A stretch of DNA of 64,000 nt from Cetorhinus maximus (taxonomy: Eukaryota): assembly GCF_964194155.1 (NCBI RefSeq), contig NC_135909.1, forward strand, positions 13,144,001 to 13,208,000, in the 5' to 3' direction. A model generated the notes under the pieces. It had not been told where the DNA came from. It saw only the letters and a program-made list of their open reading frames with translations, and did no database searches. The position numbers and the translations under genes were made by a program. This document shows positions 49,863 to 62,036 of the stretch, piece by piece (position 1 is the stretch's first letter; every line of letters starts with the position of its first letter).

Positions 49863-51554
49863 TCGACCTCAGAATGACCTGGGGCCGGCCCTGGGGAGCA
49901 TGCACACTCTCAATGCCGGGGAAGTCAGAGCTTTGAATAGAGCCGTTTCTGGGATGCAGGTAATTGTGGGAACTGCAGTCACCATGGGCAGATGTTAGTA
50001 AGTGTTTTATTGCAGGTTGTCAGTAACCCGAAATGTGAACTTTTCTTTCTGCACATTTGCTGTCTGATGTGCTGTGTATTTCCAGCATTTTCTCTCTTTA
50101 TTTCAGATTGCCACTATCGACATGATGTTGTCAGTGAATTATTGCAGGTGTTGTTAACAAAACCAAGGTCAGAAACTCAAACTGACAAATGAAGAACACT
50201 TTTGAAGCAGAATGGATATTGGACGTGGAAGTCATTCCTCATTTACTTTGAAGGTATGTTCTTGTTGGCTGACTTAGAACTGGAGAGTAGAGAGAGGAGA
50301 AGGCGGTGGGTTTAACCGCAAGCACTTTTGAGAACAGTAGGGCCCAAGCATTTCTGATAAAAGGTCATTTACTGTTTCTTGTACAGTAACAGAGACTGAC
50401 AGGAAGTATATTTCACATTTATATGTAACAGCAGAGACTGACAGATGGTGTTAATTCCACCCACATTCATATATTGTAAGACAGATTGACAGAGTTAATT
50501 CATCGAATGATAGAATGATTACAACACAGACGGAGGCCAGTCTGCCCATTATGTCTTTGCTGGCCTTCTGAAGGAGCAAATCACCTCTTGCCACTTGACC
50601 GCCTTTTCCACATAGCCCTGCATGTTTTTCCTTTTTGGATAATAATCCAATTCTCTCTTGAATTCCTTGACTCTACTACATTCTCATGCACTTCTCCTAT
50701 CCGGTCACTGCATGACAAGGTTTTTCCTCATGTTGCCATTGCTTATTTTGCCAGTTACCTTAAATCTGTGCCCATTGTCTCTCCACCTTTCCACCAATGG
50801 GATAAAAAGTCTTCCTGTCTGCTCTGCCACACTTGCAGTAACAGAGACAGACAGAAAATTAATTCCACATACATTCAGTAATGCAAATTATTAGACTTTT
50901 TATTCAAACGCACTGACAGTAACAGACTCTAACAGAGAGTTAATTTCACACTCAGATCCAGTAACAGACATTGACAGGAAGACAATTCCACAATCACGCA
51001 CAGCAACCAAGACTATCAGAAATTTAATTTCACACTTACTCACAGTAACTGAGACTGGCAGAGAGTGAATACCACACTCATAGCAAAATTGATACTGACA
51101 GGTACAGAATTAAATCTGCATTCATGGACAGCAAAGAGTTTGACATGTAAGGTATGAATTCCACACCCACAGTCAATAGCAGAGACTTAATGATAGAGAT
51201 TTAATTCTTCACTCTCTTAACAGAGACTGAGAGTTAATATCTCACTCATATTCAGTAACACAGATTGGCAGATGATGAGTGTGGAATTAACTTTCTCGAA
51301 GTAGCAGAGCCTGAAACGGAGTTCTTTCCATGGCCCGATACAGTAACCGAGACTGACAAATACAGAATTAATTCCACCTTCTGATACAGTGACAGAATCT
51401 GACAGCGTTAATTCTATATTCACCTACAGGAACAGATTATCGTACAGAGTTAATTTCACACTCACGTACAGTAACCGACATGATTGGATAGAAAGCTAAA
51501 TCCGCGCGTGCATACGTGACAGAGATTGAAAGTTAAGCTTAACACAATAGGATG

Positions 51555-52060
51555 GATCTGAATGCATTGGGGAGAGTGCAGAAGAGGTTTATGAGAATGA
51601 TTCCAGGGATGAGACACTTCAGTTATGAGGAAAGATTGGAGAAGTTGGGACTGTTTTCCCTCGAGAGGTGAAAGCTAAGAGGAGATTTGATAGAAGTTTT
51701 CAAAATCATGAGGTATGTGGATAGAGTAGATGAAGAGAAACTTCCCGCTTGTAAACGGATCGAGAACCAGAGGGCATGGTTTTAAAGTGTTTTGCAAAAG
51801 AAGCAAATGCGAAGTGAGAAAAAACTTTTTCACACAACGAGTAGTTAGGTTTTGGAATGCACTGCCTGGAAGTGTGGTGGGGGCCGGTTCAACTAAGTCA
51901 TTCAAGAGGGCATTGGATGATTATTTGAACAGAAACAATGTGCAGGGTTATGGGGAAAAGGCAGGAGATTGGCACTAAATTAAAATGCTCAGAGAGCCGG
52001 TGCAGACATGATGGGCCAAATGGCCTCCTTCTATAGCGTAACAATTCTGTGATTCTGTGA
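51555..52060 (+). mobile_element. CR1 LINE 3' end
   Basis: SRTRGHGFKVF..RKNFFTQRVVRFWNALP; ends in ATTCTGTGATTCTGTG. Confidence 0.9.
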
Positions 52061-52667
52061 ATTCACACTCACAATAACAGAGACTGACTGATAGAGAGTT
52101 AATTCCACACACTCAGTAACAGAGCCTGACAGATTGTTTGTTTATTCCTCACTCACACACAGTCACACAGGCAGACTAATATGAGAGTGTGAAACTAACT
52201 CTCTTACTTTCACTCAGTCTCTGTTGTTGTAAGTTAATTCCTCACTAAAATATTAATGGAAATTGACAGGTCCTTAGTTCCACTCTCAGATGTCACAACA
52301 GAGACTGGGAAAGAGAATTCCACATTCACAGTAACCGCGACTGACCGATAGAGAGTTAATTCCACACTCACATACAGTAACAGAGACTGACATAAGGAGT
52401 TAATTCCATATTCTCATACAGCAAGAGGCTGACAAAGAGTGAATTCCACACTCACATACAGTATCACAGGCTGTTTGTGAGTTAGTTCCACTCTCATAAC
52501 CGTAAAAGAGACTGACAGAGATTTAAATTACACACTCACATTCAGTGTGTGATGGACAGAGAATCAATTCCACACTCACATGCAGATCAGACTGAATTAA
52601 TTCCACACTGAAATGCAGTTAAAGACAGTGACAAACAGAGGGTCAATCCCACACTGACAAATTAAAA

Positions 52668-54770
52668 ATATAAGAAAGAGAAGCTGGAGGAGGTCATTCA
52701 GCCCATCGGGCCAGCTTTGCCATTCAATAAGACCATGGCTGATCTGATTGTGGCCTCAAACCCATTTTCCCACCTGCCCTATAACCCTTGACTCTTCTGC
52801 TGATGAAAAATCTGTCTAACTCAGCGTGAATATATGCAATGAGCCAGCCTCCACTGCTCTCTGAGGTGGAGAATTACAAAGATTAAGGACGCTCTGAGAG
52901 AAGAAATTCCTTCTCACCTTCTTCTTAAATTGGAGATGTTTATTTTTAAACTGTGGCCCCTGGTTCTATTTTCCCCACAAATGGAAACACTCCTCTCAAC
53001 ATCTACCCTGTCAAACCCCCTCAGAATCTTATTTATTTCAATGAGATCACCTCTCATTCTTCGAATCTCCTATGCAGATCAGCCCAACCTGCTTAAACAT
53101 TCCTCAAAAGACAACTCCATCATCTCAGGAGTCACTCTAGCACCTCTGTGAATTGCCCCCTATGCAATTATATCCCCCTTTAAATAAAGAGACTACAATA
53201 TAACACAGGACTCTCGGTGTAGTCTCACCAATGCTGTGTAGCTGTAGCAAAACTTTCCTACTTTTATGAAGCTGTAACCCTCCCGCTCAACCCACCATCA
53301 TATGCTCCCAGAATATGCCCTTACCATCCCTGCATCCCCCCAACTGCCACCACCCTCACCAGCCCCCCCACCCCCCGGAATAAAGGCCAACATTCCATTT
53401 CCCTTCCTAATTACTCGCTGCAGCTGCACATTAACTTCTTGTGATTCATGTACAAGGAGATCTTGATCCCTCTGTACTGCAACATTCTGCAGTCTCTCTC
53501 CACAGTATCACTGCATCGAAGGAGGCCATTCGGCTTATCAACTCTGCATTGGCTCTCTGAAAGAGCATTCTACCTAGTGCCATTCTCCTCCCTTGTCCAC
53601 GTAACCTTGCACGTTCTTTACTTTCAGGTAGCAATACAATTCCCTTTTGAATATCTCAAGCAAACCTGCCTCCACCACCTTTTGAGGAAGTTTGTTCCAG
53701 ACTCCAACCACCCTCTGGGTGAAAAAAAAATTAAATTATAAATGAAACTTTGAGTCTATCTCACATCACATTTACTCCTTTTGGAATTATTTTGAGTCTG
53801 TGCCTTTTGGTTCTTGATGTTATATTGAGTGGGAACAATTTGTCATTTATTTACTCTGTCCATACCCCTCAGGATCTTGAATACATCCCTCAAGTCTCCT
53901 TTAAGCCACCTTTTCTCCAGGGAAAACAGCCCCAACCTCTCCAATCTATCCCCATAGCTACAGTTCTTTATCTTGGAATCATTCTTGTGAATCTTCTGTG
54001 TACTCTCTGCAATGCCTTAACATCCTTCCTTAAGTATGACACCCAGAACTGGACACAGTACTCCAGATGAAGCCTAAAAAGACACTTATAAAAGTTCAAC
54101 ATGACCTCCTTACTCTTCACAGAATCATGGAATCTTGTACTCAGTGCCCCTCTTAATAAAGCCTCAGTAACTATATGCTTTATTACCTGCTCCCTCAACA
54201 TGCTCCACAATCTTCAATGACATATGTACATATACAATGCGGTCCCTCTGTTCCTGCACCTCCTTTAGAGGGTCTCCCTTTAGTTAATACTGTCTTATTA
54301 TATTTTTCCTACCAAAATGAATCACCTGACATTTCTCTGCATTGAACTTCAGCTGCCACTTGCCTGCCCAATCCGACAACATGTCTATGTCCTTTTGAAG
54401 TTCAAGACTATCCCAATCACAGTTGACAATATTTCCAATCTTCGTATCATCTGCAAATTTTGAAATCATGCCTTGCACACCACTGTCTAGGCCATTAATA
54501 TATATATCATTTGAATAATGTGTTGTTTTTCTATTCTTCCCATCAAATTTTCCCACATTGTATTTCATCTGCCAAATGTTTGCCCACTGATTTAACCTTT
54601 CTATATCCTCTTGCAGACTCGTTGTGTCCCCCTCACAATCTGCTTTTCCACCTATTTATGTATTGTCTGAAAATTTGGCGATACTCTCCCCACTCATCTG
54701 AGTCATTAATATAGATTGTAAATACCTGAGAACCCAGCACTGATCCCTGTGACACTCTACTGGTTACAGT
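52668..54770 (-). mobile_element. Nested CR1 LINE fragments
   Basis: ORFs 53968..54210 (LEYCVQFWVSYLRKDVKALQRVHRRFTRMIP) and 54284..54568 (ISKFADDTKIG). Confidence 0.85.
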
Positions 54771-55559
54771 TTGCTAATCTGATATTGACTCACTGCCAGA
54801 GAGTAACAGAGACTGACAGACAGACAGTTAATTACACACACATTATTATAGATTGACAGAGAGTGATTTCCACACACACATAGTGTAACATTGATTGATA
54901 GAGTATTAATTCTGCACTCACATACAGTAACAGATTGACAATGTTTGTGGCACACTGACACACAGTAATGGAGACAAAATGATTGAGTTAATCCCAGGCT
55001 GTCATACAGTAACAGAGACCAACAGATAGAGAAATAATTCCACACAGATATAAAGTAACGGAGACTAATGTAGAGTTAATTGTGCATTCATGCACAGTCA
55101 CAGAAACTGAGAGAGTGTTAATTCCTTATTCAATTACGGCAATAGAGACTGAGAAAGTGATAATGCTGCACTCATATACAGTAACAAAGACTGACAGTTA
55201 ATTCCACTCTCACATGCAATAATAGAGATAAACAGAGAATTACTGCCCCACTCACAAACAGTCATACAGAATAACAGAGACAGAATTAATTCCACCCTAA
55301 CATACACTAACAAGATGGACAGGGAGGTAATTCCACCCAGAAATGCAGTAACAGAGACTGACGGATAGAGAGGTAATTGTGCACTCATGTACAGATTGAC
55401 AGATACTTGGAATTAGTTAATTCTAGATTCACCCACAATAACAGAGATAGACAGGTAGAGAGTTAATTCCACACTCTTGTATAATAAAAGTCACCTAGTT
55501 CTCGCTTGAAGAATTCATCTGACATGCATCATACAGTCTTTTCATTGTTTCATTATATT

Positions 55560-57760
55560 TTCTATTTTCTTCTTCATCGAAGGAGCTCTGGCTTTGGTTA
55601 CCCTCCCTTTCCCCCCTCATTGGAATGTACCTAGTCTGTACCTGAAACATCTCCTCCTGAAAGATCACTCATTGCTCTGTTACAGATGTCCCTGTCAGTC
55701 TTTGGTTCCATTTTACTCTGGCTAAACCCCCTCTCCTCACATTGAAGTTAGTCCTCTTCCAATTTAGAAGTTCTACTTTTGATTGCTCCTTGCTCACCTC
55801 AAGCTTGTGATACGATGATCACTCTTACCCAAGGGTCCACCCACAGACACTTGGTTCACGTGGCCAACCTTGGCCCACCTCATTCCCCAGCACCAGATCC
55901 AGCAATGCCTCCTTCCTAACTGGACTGAGAACATTCTGGTCGAGGATTGTCTCCTGAACACATTTCAGAAACCCCTGGATATCACCACTCTACAGCTCTT
56001 GTCGCTGGTTAAAAATAAGGGGTTGCCCATTTGAGACAGATGAGAATTTTTTTTCTCTGACAGGGTCTTCAGTCTTTTGGACTCTCGTCCTCAATGGTGC
56101 TGGAAGCAGAGTCTTCGAATATTTTTAAGGCAGAGGTTGATAGGTTCTCGATAGGCAAGGGTGTGGGGGGGAGGTGAAATCTTATCACGGGTAGGCACGA
56201 ATGTGGAGTTGAGGTTACAATCAGATCAGCCATAATCTCATTGAATAGTGGAGCAGGCTCGTGGGGCCAAGTGGCCTCCTCCTGCTCCTAATTCATATCT
56301 TCCTATGTTCTTAGACACCTCTGTGATTTACCTGCAGATTTGCCCCTCTATCTCTCTCTCACTATTTGGAGGCCGATTTAATATCCCCATGAGTCTGATC
56401 ATCCCCTGACTATTTCTCAGCTCTAACAAATGAATTCTGCCCATTTCCGGTCAAGGACATTGTCTCTTCCCAATATTACAGTGATTTCCTTAATCAGTCC
56501 CGCTAACCCACTTCCTTTTTCCCCTTCTCTATATTTTCTGAACAGTTTGTATCAGTGAATATTAAGCACCAGTCCTCAGCATTTTTAAACCACGTTTTCA
56601 TCATTGTCAAGCAGCTGGAGACACTTCCTGCACATATGGCCCCCAAGACACATGAAGTGTCCTGAGGTTCCCACATGGGGCAGGAACTGCAAACAACAGG
56701 TCTCAGCTGCCTATCCATGATCGAAAACAAACCTCTATTCCCTCTTTTAGAATCTAATTAGTACCTTGTTTAAATTATTAATTTTATTAAATGCCTCTCG
56801 AGCTGCTCTGCACTAATACTCTTATTATACTTACACTTACTGTTATACTTACCCTGATTGTAATGTTTAATTTTCCAGCTCCTATTTATCATGCTCTGAC
56901 TATTTATTTTAACCGTGGCCGGTTTGCTCCAACCTCTCCCTCACAGCTCTTTATTACCCCCCCCGTCACTCTTCCCTCCTTCTCTCTCTCTCACTGCTGC
57001 TCTCGGGCTGCTCTGCCGCTGCTCTTTATCCACTCTCCAGTCTCACTCAGCTCTCACCCTCACTCTCGGCTCCTCCACAGTCTCACGTTTCTGACTGTTT
57101 AGGAAATTCTCTGATCTTTGCTCCAAGATGGATGATCTCATGTTGAACACCATCGGCCACGGTTTTTTTCACTCACTGAATCTGTCAGTGATGCTTTGAA
57201 ACTTGCTGCTCCCACCTACACTACTAATCATGTCACCTAAACTAGTGTCATCAGCAAACTTGGATATAGTCTGGAAGTTATTAAAATGTAAAAGAGCTCT
57301 GGGAATGGGAATAGAACAGCCGCCTGACGTGACAGAGAATCAGTTGTGTATGTATCCCTCCACCCTGAAAAACACACCGCTCGCCACCACTTTATCCTTT
57401 CTTCCCCTTATTCAATTCTGTAACCATGCTGCCACTGCCCCTGTATTCCATCTGCTTGAATTTTACTAACAAATCTATGATGTGGGATTTTTGCAAACCC
57501 CTTTGCAAGTCTGGACACACTTCATCAACCTCAGTCCCCTGGTCAATGTTGTCTGAAACTTCATCAAATAACTTCATTATGTATTTCAGTCATAATTTTC
57601 TGTTTACCAATCTGTGCTGGCTGTCATTTATCAAGCCATGTTCTACCAAGTGACAATGAATTTTGTCCTTGATTCAATAATCTATTGAATTCTCTAAACC
57701 TTTCCCCACCACCAGCATTAGACTAACTGGTCTGTAGTTACTGGGTTTATCCCTCTGGCT
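55560..57760 (-). mobile_element. CR1 LINE fragments, mostly minus strand
   Basis: Endonuclease-region DNA at 55.6-56.6 kb, RT pieces at 57.2-57.75 kb (KFADD region); a plus-strand 3' end is nested at about 56.0-56.3 kb. Confidence 0.65.
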
Positions 57761-58089
57761 TTACTGGGTTTATCCAACTCTGGTGCTTTACCTGAGTGTG
57801 TGATTGGTTATTTAATTATCACTCACCAGTCCTGTGTCAGGATTACATTAATTCTGTACATCAGTTTCTCGTCTCTCCTGGCCTATGTCAGCATGACATT
57901 GAATTTGTTTCACTCTGAAACGTGATCTGTGTGAGTTTGGCAGTCATTTTCCAACTGTTAGTCCTTGGCACTCTTTGGTAATATTTCATACATTTTGTAT
58001 CTGCCAATCTGTGACACTGTCAACATGAGAACCATTCTCAAGCTGTCAGTCTCCATTACTGCCTGTGAGCATTGTATTATTTCTGTGTC

Positions 58090-60290
58090 TGACAGTCTGT
58101 TGTTCTCCAGGTGAAATTGTAAATCCTGATGTTCAGAGAGATTTGAGTGAACTTGTATATGGATCATGGGAAGATAGCATCCAGAAATCAATGTGGAAGG
58201 CAGCTAGCATGTTAGACTTTATGAGAAGGGGTTTGGAGTACAACAGTAAGGAAGACTTACTACACTTCCATACGGTTTTGCTGAGACCACACATGCAGCA
58301 TTTGGCACTGTTTTTTGTCTCCATATCTAAGGAAGGATATATTTACATTGGAGGTCATAAAATAATTGGTCGCTGTGATGAGACGTTTGTCCAATGATGA
58401 GAAGCAGTGTAAATTGTTTTCATATTCTCTGGTTATTGGAAGTGGAAGTGATCTCATCCACGCGTGCAGGATTACAATGGAGCTTGACAGGTTAGACACT
58501 GAGAGGTTGTTTGTCCTGACTATGGAATACGGACATACATATGAATTCGGAGCAGGAGTCGGCCACCCGGCCCCTCGAGCCTGCTCCGCCATTCAGTAAG
58601 CTCATGGCTGATCTGAATGTAACCTCAACCCCACATTCCTGCCTTCCCCAATAACCATTCACCCCCTTGTTAATCAAGAAACTATCCAGCTGCGTCTTAA
58701 AAATATTCAAAGACCCTGCTTTCACTGCCGTTTGAGGAAGACAGTTCCAAAGATTCTCAACCCTCTGAGAGAAAACATTCTCCTCATATCTGTCTTAAAT
58801 GAGTGACCCCTTATTTTTAAACAGTGACCCGCAGTTCTAGATTTTCCCACAAGAGGAAACATCCTCTCCACATCCACCCTGTCAATACCCCTCAGGACCT
58901 TAAAGGTTTCAATTACTATTCTAAATTCCAGTGGATACAAGCCTAACCTGTCCTGCCTTTCCTCATAAGACAACCACCCCCCGCTCCCTTTCCTGGTATT
59001 AGTCTAGTAAACCCTCTCTGAACTGCTTCTAACATATGTACATTTCTCTTTAAATAAGGAGACCAGTACTGTATACAATACTTCTGAAGAGGTCTCAGCA
59101 ATGCCGTGTACAACTCAAGCACAGCCTCCCTACTTTTGGAGTCAATTTCCCTCACAATAAATGATAACATTGTATTAGCTTTCCTAATTCCCTGCTCTAC
59201 CTGCACACTCACCTTTTGTGATTCATGCACCAGGACACCCAGATCCCTCTGAATCTCAGAGCTCTGCAATCTCTCACCATTTAGATAATAAGCTTTTTTT
59301 TTATTCTTCCTGGCCAAAAGGAACGATTTCACATTTGCCGACCTTATACTCCATTTGCCAGATCTTTGCCCACTCACAAAATCTATCTATGTCACTTTGT
59401 AGCCTCCTTATGTCCTCTTCACAATTTACTTTTCTACCAACTTTGTCTCATCAGCAAATTTAGCAAACATTCCTCCGGTCCCTTCATCCAGGTCATTTTT
59501 TAAATTGTAAAAAGCTGGGGTCCCAGCACTGATCCCTGTGACACACCACTCATCATATCCTGCCAACCATAAAAAGACCCATTTATGCCAACTGTCTGCA
59601 CCCTGTTAGCTAACCAATCTTCTATCCATACCAATATGTTACCCACTTCACCATGAGCTTTTATTTAATGCAATAACCTTTGATGTGGCACTTCATCAAA
59701 TACCTTCTTGAAATCTAAGTACAGTACATGGACTGGTTCCCCTTCATCCACAGCACATGTGACTCCTTCAAAGATCTCCAATAAATTGGTTGGACATGAT
59801 TTCCCTTTCACAAAGCCATGTTGACCGTTGAATTTTTCTAATTGCCCTGCTATAACTTCCTTAATAGCTTCTAAAATGTTCCCTGTGACAGATGTTAGGC
59901 TAACTGGCCTATAGTTTTCAGCTTTCTGTGTCCCTCCCTTTTTGAATGAAGGAGTTATGTTTGCTATTTTCAAATCTAATGGAACCTTCCCTGAATCTAA
60001 GGAACTTTGGGAAATTAAAACCAGTGCATCAACAATCTCACTAACCACTTCTTTCTAGACCTTAGGGTGAAGCACATCTGGACCTGGGGATTTGTCAGCC
60101 TGCAGCCCCAACTATTTGCTCAATACCACTTCCCTGGTGATTGGAATTTTCCCCACGTTCCTCCCTCCCTTCCATTTCCTGATTTACAGCTATTTCTGGG
60201 ATGTTACTTGTGTCCTCTACAGTGAAGAATGAAGCAAAATACCTGTTTACTTCATCCAGCATTTCCCTACTTTCCATTATCGATTCACCT
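58090..60290 (-). mobile_element. CR1 LINE (minus strand, 58530-60290) preceded by a plus-strand fragment (58090-58520)
   Basis: ORFs 59665..60048 (NYRPVSLTS..QHGFVKGKSCPTNLL..LDFKKVFD), 58943..59377 and 58722..58973. Confidence 0.9.
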
Positions 60291-60569
60291 GAATCTAGAA
60301 CATGTGGGCACCATGTCAGCATAAAGGGTTGATCATTTTGGACTGAAATTTGGAGAAATTCTGCACTCTCAGCGTGTGAATATTAATACTTCTCCTAGTG
60401 AAATATGGATGCTTCATCCATGAATATATTTAAGGATGATGCAGACAGGTTATTCAGTGAATCAATGGATATGGGGTGTAGGCAGGAAAATCTAGTTAGG
60501 CAGAAGGTCAGGCCTCTGACCTTATTTTGTTTGCTATGATATTGCCCCTTAGTGAGTGATTTATTTGGT

Positions 60570-61820
60570 GTATTTCAGTCTTTGGTATGATGTGTGAGTG
60601 GTTCGGGTTCTGAAAGTCAGTCTCTGGTACTCTATCTGAGTGTGAATATCCTTTTATTTATCTTTTAGTCTCCCACTCTGAATAAGAGTGAGGGATTTTT
60701 TTTTTCCATCAGTATCTGTTACTGACTGTCAGCTTGAGATTCATTCAACATCTGCCAGTGTTTTATATTCTATGTCAATGTGGAACTAATTGTGTTTTTC
60801 AGTGTGAGTAGTTGCAATTAATTCTGCATCTGTCAGTATCTGGAACTGAACAGGGCTATGGGATTCATTCTGTATCTTACAATCTCTGTTAATGAATGTC
60901 AGTAACATTCATTTTGTGTGCATTATTTTCCGGTACTGGAATTGATGGCGGGATTTAATATTTAACTGTTATTCCCTGGTACTGCATGTGAATTTGTGTC
61001 ACATCCTGTATCAGTCACTATCTTTGTGTGTGTCTGTATGTGCGTGCAGGGTTCATTCTGTATTTGTCAAAATCTGGTACTGAATGGGAATTTGGAATAA
61101 TGTATTTTAATATATGTCTACATCTGGGGCAGAGAATTACTGTGCGATTAATTGTATATCACTCGGTTACTGGAACTGCGTGTGTAAGTGGGATTCATAC
61201 TCTATCCATGTGACTCGGGAGCTGTATGTGAGGGTACTTTACTTCCATATCTGTATTTAATAGGTATCTCAAGAGCGGTCGGCAAAACCATTTATTTCAC
61301 ATTGTAGACTGCAGTTCAGGGTTAACCTAATTATTGTGATTGGTTCTAAGATCACACATAAGCCAGATTGGGTAAGGATTGGGATGAGAGGTTTCCTTCC
61401 TGACAGGTATTAAGATGTGAATCATTTACAACACCATGCCTGAGATAACTATTGAGTACAGATCCAGAATTAATCCCAGAGTCATAAGCAACATCAAAGA
61501 TTGAGAACAATAAAATAAACCCCACATTCACACACAAAACTGGACATGGTGAACTACTGGACAAACCCTATACGTTACCAGGCATGGACAAACTGCCCAA
61601 TACACAGACAGCACCAGAGACAGACAAATGCAGAATGAATCCCACATCTCACACAGTATAACTGACCAGTAGATACAGAATGAATTTCAAACAGCCTGAG
61701 ATGTAGAAATAGAGAATGAATCAGACTTTCACACAGTAGCGCAGACTTACAGACACAGAGGAATCATGAGCACACGTTCAGAATCAAAGTCTGATAGAGA
61801 CAGAATGAATCCCACAGTCA
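60570..61820. repeat. Degenerate ~44-bp minisatellite in both orientations
   Basis: GGGATTCATTCTGTAT..GTCAGTCTCTGGTACTG units (minus) at 60570-61260; CAGAATGAATCCCACA units (plus) at 61440-61820. Confidence 0.6.
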
Positions 61821-61836
61821 TTAATGAAAATGCAAA

Positions 61837-61908
61837 TAGCAGAAGATGGTTTCAATCCATCGAGCTCTGGGTTATGGGCCCAGCACGCTTCCGCTGAGCC
61901 ACTCTGCT
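61837..61908 (-). tRNA. tRNA-iMet(CAT), full length with about 4 substitutions (possibly non-functional)
   Basis: Reverse complement AGCAGAGTGGCTCAGCGGAAGCGTGCTGGGCCCATAACCCAGAGCTCGATGGATTGAAACCATCTTCTGCTA; B-box C56 is mutated. Confidence 0.8.
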
Positions 61909-61911
61909 AGA

Positions 61912-62036
61912 TGGGGAGGTGGGGGCACAGTGTTATTGTCACTGGACTAGTATTCCAGAGGGACCTGGCTTCGAATCCCACCATGGCAATGGTGAAACTT
62001 GGAATCAAAAGTCTGTTGATAATCACAAAACCATTG
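61912..62036 (+). mobile_element. tRNA-derived SINE head, truncated by the adjacent Penelope element
   Basis: GTCACTGGACTAGTATTCCAGAG..GGCTTCGAATCCCACCATGGC, same head as at 10455 and 17530. Confidence 0.65.

Larger units (their letters stand above)
50380..55480 (+). repeat. Degenerate ~42-46-bp minisatellite interrupted by CR1 insertions
   Basis: Unit CAGTAACAGAGACTGACAGATAGAGAGTTAATTCCACACTCACATA, clearest at 50830-51530, 52060-52660 and 54790-55480. Confidence 0.8.
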
